DNA from: Gammaproteobacteria bacterium
GTDB lineage: Bacteria > Pseudomonadota > Gammaproteobacteria > Eutrophobiales > Eutrophobiaceae
DNA length: 64,000 nucleotides
Reading direction: 5' to 3'
Assembly (NCBI GenBank): GCA_965243205.1
Contig: CBDEUK010000002.1
Location: 352,001 to 416,000 of the forward strand
The notes beneath the pieces were generated by a model, which had not been told where the DNA came from, did not search any database, and worked only from the letters and a program-made list of their open reading frames with translations. Below, one piece after another: positions 56,479 through 64,000 of the stretch. How positions within the stretch are numbered: the first letter of the stretch is position 1; the number at the start of each line of letters is the position of its first letter. The position numbers and the translations under genes are program-made.

Positions 56479-56641
56479 TAATTAAATATAAAAATTGAAT
56501 TTCTCTAAATTTTTCAAACTCAAAGGCCTTGTAATCGCCAAACTCCCTCCTCCCTTTAGATAAATTAAAAAAAATTAATTCAAAAAAAACTCTTTCCTGT
56601 CGATGTAGTTAGAGTACGAATTGCAATAAGGAAACAGAGCC

Positions 56642-57061
56642 ATGTATTTAGTACGATTACTCTATGCGAGTGAGAAATCCAAACACTTTCAAGAAGTTGA
56701 TTTAGAATTAATTTTAAAATCAGCAAGAAATCATAATAAAAAGAATAATGTGACAGGTTGTTTATGCTTTAATCGAAATTATTTTCTTCAATGCCTTGAA
56801 GGTTCCAGGACAAAAGTCAATGAAACCTATCACCGAATCCTAAATGATCATAGACACGACAAAATTGTCTTATTAGATTACAGAGAAATTCCCCAAAGAG
56901 AATTTGGAGAATGGTTTATGGGGTATTTACCAGAAACAAAAACTACCCGCCCCTTAAATTTAAAATATTCACCACATGAAAAATTCATTCCTCATGAAAT
57001 GTCAGGGGAAAGCTCACATCGCTATTTACTGGAAATGAGTGGTTTAGTAGATATTATTTAA
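56642..57061 (+). CDS. BLUF blue-light sensor protein
   Basis: LLYAS, N...NVTGCL, FLQCLEG, I.ND.RH, FGEW.M. Confidence 0.9.
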   Translation: MYLVRLLYASEKSKHFQEVDLELILKSARNHNKKNNVTGCLCFNRNYFLQCLEGSRTKVNETYHRILNDHRHDKIVLLDYREIPQREFGEWFMGYLPETKTTRPLNLKYSPHEKFIPHEMSGESSHRYLLEMSGLVDII

Positions 57062-57102
57062 AATAAAGCTAAGCTATTGAAATAATTAGAATAAAATATT
57101 AA

Positions 57103-57193
57103 TGGCGGAGAGGGTGGGATTCGAACCCACGATGGGCTATTAACCCATGCCGGTTTTCAAGACCGGTGCATTCAACCGCTCTGCCACCTCTCC
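57103..57193 (-). tRNA. serT: tRNA-Ser(TGA)
   Basis: ggagaggtggcagagcgg...ccggt-ct-TGA-aa-accgg, long arm; divergent from yccA. Confidence 0.96.
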
Positions 57194-57411
57194 TAAATCT
57201 TTAATATCTATCGCCTTTTTAGGCAAAGACCACAAATGGCTTGGTCGAAAAGAAGCGAGAGGATACATTATATACACGATTTGTAAAACCCTACTTAGAA
57301 ATATTCCTAAAATACGTTTTATTAATGAATATTTAATGCAATTTCACTTGAATTCTTTGGTCTGAGGACTTAAGTTTTAATAATCTATTAATGATTGGAG
57401 GTTGTACCCGA

Positions 57412-58077
57412 ATGAATCAGAATTATGCAGTAGCTCGCTCGGAAGAATCGATTCTAGCGACGAATAAACTTATCAAAAACACCTATATATTACTTTCAAT
57501 GACTTTGCTCTTTAGCGCGGCTATGGCTGTAGTGTCTTTATACTCAGGTGTATCTCACATGGTTGGTTTTATTTCTTCGATCTCTGGTTTTCTGTTGCTA
57601 TGGCTAGTTTTACCACGTTTTGCAAATTCATCTACAGGTGTAGGAATTGTATTTCTGGTTACTGGTTTACTGGGCTTTGGCTTGGGACCTATGCTCTCAT
57701 CTTATCTATCTTTGCCAAATGGCCCACAAACTGTTGTAACTGCAATGGGTGGTACTGGTGTTATTTTTCTTGGTCTTTCTGGATATGCTCTAACCACTCG
57801 AAAAGATTTTAGCTTTATGGCTGGTTACTTAGCGATTGGGTTTTTAGTAGCATTAATAGCTTTTATTGGGGCTTTTATCTTCAATGTCCCCGCTTTATCA
57901 CTGGCTGTCTCAGCAGTATTTATTCTGTTGATGTCAGGCTACATTTTATATGACACTAGCCAAATGATTCATAATCCAGGTCAAAATTATTTATATACTA
58001 CAATCCAGTTATATCTTGATATTGTTATCTTATTCCAACATTTATTACACCTTCTAGGTGCTTTAGGCGACGATTAA
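57412..58077 (+). CDS. yccA: Bax inhibitor-1/YccA family membrane protein
   Basis: SD GGAGG; NKLIKNTY.LLS.TLLFSA, GPML..Y, RKDFSF, ILYDTS, LYLD. Confidence 0.9.
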   Translation: MNQNYAVARSEESILATNKLIKNTYILLSMTLLFSAAMAVVSLYSGVSHMVGFISSISGFLLLWLVLPRFANSSTGVGIVFLVTGLLGFGLGPMLSSYLSLPNGPQTVVTAMGGTGVIFLGLSGYALTTRKDFSFMAGYLAIGFLVALIAFIGAFIFNVPALSLAVSAVFILLMSGYILYDTSQMIHNPGQNYLYTTIQLYLDIVILFQHLLHLLGALGDD

Positions 58078-58099
58078 GGATTAATCTTTCTCTACTAAC

Positions 58100-58125
58100 A
58101 AAACCCGCTTTATGCGGGTTTTTTT
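58100..58125 (+). terminator. Intrinsic terminator
   Basis: aaaacccgc-tttat-gcgggttttttt. Confidence 0.85.
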
Positions 58126-58236
58126 GTGTCTATTTATAAAGTAATACTTACTATGACAGTTTTATTAATTCATGCTAGCATCGAAAATTAAACAAAAAAA
58201 CAGTATTCATAAATCATTATTATTGAGGGGGTATGG

Positions 58237-59778
58237 ATGAAGATCGGTGTACCTAAGGAGCTGTTTGCAGGTGAAAAGCGTGTTGCTTTAACGCCTGATA
58301 GCGCAAAACAATTACAAAAACTCGGATTTGACGTTCTCGTTGAATCAAATGCAGGCGAACTCGCAAATTTTTCAAATGCTGCTTATGAAGAAGCCAATGT
58401 GCGTGTAATAAGTGATGCACAAAGTCTTTGGTCAGAAGCTGATATCATTTTAAAAGTCCGTGCTCCTGAATCTTCTGAAATTTCATATCTTAATGACTCG
58501 AAAACGTTAATCAGTTTTATATGGCCGGCCCAGAGTGAGTCTTTGATGGAGTCATTAAGCCAAACGGGTGCCAATGTACTTGCGATGGATAGTGTTCCAC
58601 GTATTTCACGTGCACAAAAAGCTGATGCGTTAAGTTCTATGGCGAATATTGCGGGTTATCGTGCTGTGATTGAAGCATCACAACACTTTGGACGCTTTTT
58701 CACAGGACAAGTCACTGCAGCCGGTAAAGTACCACCAGCTAAAGTGATGGTTATCGGTGCTGGTGTCGCTGGTTTAGCGGCTATTGGTACAGCAAATAGT
58801 CTTGGTGCCATTGTTCGTTCATTTGATACTCGCCCAGAAGTTAAAGAACAAGTTGAAAGTATGGGCGCTGAATTCTTAGAACTTGATTTCGAAGAAGATG
58901 GTAGTGGCGAAGGTGGTTATGCCAAAACCATGAGTAAAGAATTCATTGAAGCTGAAATGGCTTTGTTTGCTGAGCAAGCTAAAGATGTTGATATCATTAT
59001 TACTACGGCTCTAATTCCTGGAAAACCAGCACCAGAGTTAATTACTGAAGACATGGTGAAATCCATGAAGCAAGGCAGTGTGATAGTCGATCTTGCTGCC
59101 GAACAAGGCGGTAACTGTAAATTAACGGAAGCTGGTAAAGTGGTTGAGAAACATGGTGTGACTTTAATTGGTTATACCGATTTACCAAGTCGTTTACCGA
59201 CGCAATCAAGCCAGTTATACGCAACGAATTTAAGACATCTGTTAACTGATCTAACACCAGAAAAAGATGGTGTGATTAATATCGATATGGATGATGAACT
59301 TATTCGTGGTGCTACTGTGATTAAATCTGGGGAAATTACTTGGCCACCACCTGCTCCGAAATTATCTGCTGCCCCTGCTAAACCCAAAGAACCTGCAGCG
59401 GCTCCTGTTGTTGAAGAAAAACAACCTTTCTTACCACCAGGTGTTACTTCAGCGCTTGTGATGTTACTTGGCGCGATTGTTTTTTATTGGATTGGTAACA
59501 ATGCTCCTCAATCATTTATTCAGCATTTCACAGTATTCGTACTGGCTTGTTTTGTTGGATACATGGTTATCTGGAATGTCACTGCTTCCTTGCATACACC
59601 ATTAATGAGTGTGACTAATGCTATTAGTAGCATCATTATTATTGGTGCATTAATTCAAGTGTCAGCGAGTGGCTGGTTATTAACTAGCTTAGCTGGACTC
59701 GCGATATTGATCACCAGTATTAATATCACGGGTGGTTTTGCAGTTACGCAACGCATGTTGCAAATGTTTCGTAAGTAA
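58237..59778 (+). CDS. pntA: NAD(P) transhydrogenase alpha subunit
   Basis: [41 protein letters not shown]. Confidence 0.97.
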   Translation: MKIGVPKELFAGEKRVALTPDSAKQLQKLGFDVLVESNAGELANFSNAAYEEANVRVISDAQSLWSEADIILKVRAPESSEISYLNDSKTLISFIWPAQSESLMESLSQTGANVLAMDSVPRISRAQKADALSSMANIAGYRAVIEASQHFGRFFTGQVTAAGKVPPAKVMVIGAGVAGLAAIGTANSLGAIVRSFDTRPEVKEQVESMGAEFLELDFEEDGSGEGGYAKTMSKEFIEAEMALFAEQAKDVDIIITTALIPGKPAPELITEDMVKSMKQGSVIVDLAAEQGGNCKLTEAGKVVEKHGVTLIGYTDLPSRLPTQSSQLYATNLRHLLTDLTPEKDGVINIDMDDELIRGATVIKSGEITWPPPAPKLSAAPAKPKEPAAAPVVEEKQPFLPPGVTSALVMLLGAIVFYWIGNNAPQSFIQHFTVFVLACFVGYMVIWNVTASLHTPLMSVTNAISSIIIIGALIQVSASGWLLTSLAGLAILITSINITGGFAVTQRMLQMFRK

Positions 59779-59789
59779 GGGGGCTTATT

Positions 59790-61190
59790 ATGTTATCAGA
59801 AGGTTTAGTGACCGTTGCTTACATTGGTGCAACTATTTTATTCATTCTTGCGTTAGGTGGTTTAAGTAATCAAGAAACTGCTCGTCGTGGAAACTACTAT
59901 GGAATGATTGGTATGGCTATCGCCATACTTGCTACTGTCTTTGGTCCAGAAGTGACTAATTATTCTGTATTAATCGTTGCAATGTTGATTGGTGGTGTGA
60001 TTGGTTTCATGCTGGCCAAGAAAGTTGAAATGACTCAGATGCCTGAACTTGTGGCAATACTGCATAGTTTAGTCGGTCTGGCTGCTGTATTAGTTGGTTA
60101 TGCCAACTTTATGGATCCAGATGCCTCTTCACATTTTGTTGGTGCTGAAAAAACCATTCACGAAGTAGAAATTTACATTGGTATATTAATTGGTGCAGTG
60201 ACTTTTTCAGGTTCTATTATCGCCTTTGGAAAGCTCAGCGGTAAAATTGGTGGCTCGCCTTTATTATTACCAGCACGTCATTGGTTAAATCTCGGTTTAT
60301 TGATCATTGTGATATATCTTGGCGGCCAATTTATAGAAGGTGCCGAACATGGTGGTGGGTATTGGCCATTAATTCTAATGACTATCATCGCCCTAGCCTT
60401 TGGTATTCATATGGTGATGGCCATTGGTGGCGCGGATATGCCAGTGGTTGTATCCATGTTAAATAGTTATTCAGGTTGGGCTGCTTCAGCCACTGGGTTT
60501 ATGTTATCAAACGACTTGTTAATCGTAACAGGTGCCTTAGTTGGTAGTAGTGGTGCAATTTTGAGTTACATCATGTGTAAAGCTATGAATCGAAACTTCA
60601 TCAGTGTGATTGCGGGTGGTTTTGGTACTGGTACAGGCACTGCAGCAGCGGCTGATGGAGAACAAGGCGAAGTCTTTCCTGTGGATGCTGAAGAAACAGC
60701 CAATTTATTATCTGATGCTAAAGAAGTCATGATTATTCCTGGTTATGGAATGGCTGTCGCTCAAGCTCAACATACTGTGAATGAAATTACTAAACGCTTA
60801 CGTGATAAAGGTGTGAATGTACGATTTGGTATTCACCCTGTCGCTGGTCGTATGCCAGGACATATGAATGTGTTATTAGCTGAAGCACACGTACCTTATG
60901 ACATTGTGTTTGAAATGGAAGAAATCAATGATGATTTTCCTGAAGTAGATGTTTCAGTCATTATTGGTGCCAATGATATTGTTAACCCTTCTGCGTTAGA
61001 AGATCCAAACAGTCCTATTGCTGGTATGCCAGTACTTGAATGTTGGAAAGGAAAAACTTCTATCGTACTTAAACGTGGGATGGCAACAGGTTATGCAGGC
61101 GTTGATAATCCTTTATTCTTTAAAGAGAACACACGCATGTTATTCGGAGATGCGAAGGATAGCTTGGAAGCAGTATTAAGTTCTTTGTAG
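59790..61190 (+). CDS. pntB: NAD(P) transhydrogenase beta subunit
   Basis: [45 protein letters not shown]. Confidence 0.97.
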   Translation: MLSEGLVTVAYIGATILFILALGGLSNQETARRGNYYGMIGMAIAILATVFGPEVTNYSVLIVAMLIGGVIGFMLAKKVEMTQMPELVAILHSLVGLAAVLVGYANFMDPDASSHFVGAEKTIHEVEIYIGILIGAVTFSGSIIAFGKLSGKIGGSPLLLPARHWLNLGLLIIVIYLGGQFIEGAEHGGGYWPLILMTIIALAFGIHMVMAIGGADMPVVVSMLNSYSGWAASATGFMLSNDLLIVTGALVGSSGAILSYIMCKAMNRNFISVIAGGFGTGTGTAAAADGEQGEVFPVDAEETANLLSDAKEVMIIPGYGMAVAQAQHTVNEITKRLRDKGVNVRFGIHPVAGRMPGHMNVLLAEAHVPYDIVFEMEEINDDFPEVDVSVIIGANDIVNPSALEDPNSPIAGMPVLECWKGKTSIVLKRGMATGYAGVDNPLFFKENTRMLFGDAKDSLEAVLSSL

Positions 61191-61215
61191 TATTTAAAAA
61201 TATTTATGAAGTATT

Positions 61216-61241
61216 AAAGCCGAGCATTGCTCGGCTTTTTT
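61216..61241. terminator. Intrinsic terminator between convergent pntB and nnrU-like genes
   Basis: aaagccgagc-att-gctcggctttttt. Confidence 0.85.
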
Positions 61242-61246
61242 AATGT

Positions 61247-61813
61247 TTAAATAATTGCGACACCTGCAATATATTGATGAAAACAAATTATTACACCAAT
61301 CACAATCAAACTAATTATTAAACCGATTAATTCGGTTTTAATCGATGACTGTATAATTAATGGCTTTTTACCATCACGTTTATTAATAAAAATAACTTCT
61401 AAGACAGCCCAAGTTAATAATACGCCAAACAACCAAATCGAACGAGTATCACCATTTAATAACAAATGAGCAAGTGCCCAAATTTTTAACCCTATGAGCT
61501 GGGGGTGGCGAATAATAGGTTTTAATCGATTAGGATATTTTGCAGAAAAGAATACTAACAAGCCAATAATAGCCAATAACATTAATATGCCGCGTATTGC
61601 ATGACTACTTGCAATATCATATAAAAATACCGGCTCAGCTGTTCTCCAACCAAAAATAATTAATGCTAATGAGCTAAATATTAATAAAGCAAAAATTCCT
61701 TTATATGGACCTAAACCAATTTTTTCTATAGCGCATTTTTTTATATTAGGCGTTATAGATAATGATAAATGCACTACAGACCAGAGCAGTAACCCAGTGA
61801 TTAAAAGCGTCAT
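61247..61813 (-). CDS. NnrU family membrane protein
   Basis: LW..VH, YKG.F, IRHPQL.G.KIWALAHLL.NGD. Confidence 0.85.
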   Translation of the reverse strand: MTLLITGLLLWSVVHLSLSITPNIKKCAIEKIGLGPYKGIFALLIFSSLALIIFGWRTAEPVFLYDIASSHAIRGILMLLAIIGLLVFFSAKYPNRLKPIIRHPQLIGLKIWALAHLLLNGDTRSIWLFGVLLTWAVLEVIFINKRDGKKPLIIQSSIKTELIGLIISLIVIGVIICFHQYIAGVAII

Positions 61814-61831
61814 TCTTCTCCCCTCCTATCA

Positions 61832-63109
<1,278 letters not shown>

Positions 63110-63128
63110 TTATAAAAACCTTAAATAG

Positions 63129-63506
63129 TTAAATCATATTTCTGGCAATGGTTAAACCTAACCAGCAAGCAAACAATGAAAATAAAACACTAATTGTTAT
63201 ATTGGCGATAGCTTTTAAGTACCAACCATTTTCTAACAACATAAGTGTTTCAATTGAAAATGTTGAAAATGTTGTTAATGCTCCTAACAAGCCTGTTGTT
63301 AAACCTAATCGCCAGTGGTCATCTAATTGAAATTTAGATGTTAATAAAATAAATAACAGCCCCATAAAAAAAGAACCAATAATATTTACTGCCAGCGTCC
63401 CATGAGGAAAACTGCGATCAAGATAAGCGTGTACTAGATTGGTTAAGCCGTAACGTAATAAGGCACCCAATGCTCCACCGCCAGCGATAAAAAAGATTTG
63501 ATTCAT
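63129..63506 (-). CDS. fluC: Fluoride efflux channel
   Basis: GGALGALLRY, FP.GTL.VN, G.LGALTTFSTF. Confidence 0.95.
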   Translation of the reverse strand: MNQIFFIAGGGALGALLRYGLTNLVHAYLDRSFPHGTLAVNIIGSFFMGLLFILLTSKFQLDDHWRLGLTTGLLGALTTFSTFSIETLMLLENGWYLKAIANITISVLFSLFACWLGLTIARNMI

Positions 63507-63596
63507 TGATTAACGAGTGATTTATATAACAATTAAATTTTAGCGGATTGTATAAGAGCTACTTGAGTTTGTCTTGTGTTATCAGATAACAACTAA

Positions 63597-64000
63597 TTAT
63601 TTTGCCTGTTTATCCCATTCTCGTAATTGTTGTAATTTTTCTGCAATCTTTATTTCTAAGCCGCGATTAACTGGCTCATAATAAGAATTTTCTGGCATAT
63701 CATCAGGCAGATAGCTTTCACCTGCCGCATAAGCATTGGGCTCATTGTGTGCATAACGATAGTCTTTGCCATAATCGAGATTTTTCATCAATTTGGTCGG
63801 AGCATTACGTAAATGCAACGGCACCTCTAAAGAACCGTATTGTTTTGCATCATTCATGGCAGCTTTATACGCCATATATACAGCATTACTTTTTGCCGCA
63901 CATGCCATGTAAACAATCGCTTGCGCAATCGCCAGCTCGCCTTCTGGAGAACCCAATCTTTCTTGAGTTTCCCATGCATCTAGAGCGATTTGTAATGCTC
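63597..64000 (-). CDS. rarA: Replication-associated recombination protein A, C-terminal part (truncated by window)
   Basis: [32 protein letters not shown]; rarA-crcB-serS synteny. Confidence 0.93.
   Translation of the reverse strand, partial: ALQIALDAWETQERLGSPEGELAIAQAIVYMACAAKSNAVYMAYKAAMNDAKQYGSLEVPLHLRNAPTKLMKNLDYGKDYRYAHNEPNAYAAGESYLPDDMPENSYYEPVNRGLEIKIAEKLQQLREWDKQAK

Noticed and set aside
56543-56557. CCTCCTCCC cuckoo-like sRNA motif
   Set aside because: Single copy without clear flanking hairpin modules
57147-57365. 72-aa ORF
   Set aside because: Starts antisense within tRNA-Ser and runs through its promoter region
63507-63596. Fluoride riboswitch upstream of fluC
   Set aside because: No GGCGAUGG..CGCC-type core visible; region is AT-rich and promoter-like

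Overview
AT-rich chromosomal window from a probably marine gammaproteobacterium (inferred from gene set and order). Core regions: sulfide-oxidation cluster (SQR-SulP-persulfide dioxygenase/rhodanese), AsmA, NhaD, maeB, pgsA-uvrC, c-di-GMP enzymes, BLUF, yccA, pntAB, serS-fluC-rarA and five tRNAs (Leu-TAA, Cys-GCA, Gly-GCC, Arg-TCG, Ser-TGA). Downstream of tRNA-Leu lies an integrase-less, decaying tandem island (about 16.9-35.8 kb) marked by two degenerate copies of the tRNA 3' end. Its most striking content is a split Rhs toxin system. A 3365-aa signal-peptide protein has a YD-repeat shell that stops where the Rhs core should begin and continues as a giant LRR/Ig/LamG/propeller/RTX adhesin. 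It is followed by a separate signal-peptide protein consisting only of the Rhs core plus an HNH nuclease, then candidate immunity genes. The island also holds intact and broken integron attC sites around VPLPA-CTERM surface-protein genes, three remnants of one SRAP-like gene and a umuC remnant. Other notable loci: a collagen-like protein with an internal sorting signal next to an O-antigen-ligase/O-OTase-like gene, a lipase + RoxA-like diheme + catalase-like operon, a tRNA-Arg(UCG), and several sigma-28-like promoters. All assignments are from motif recognition by eye; no searches were run.
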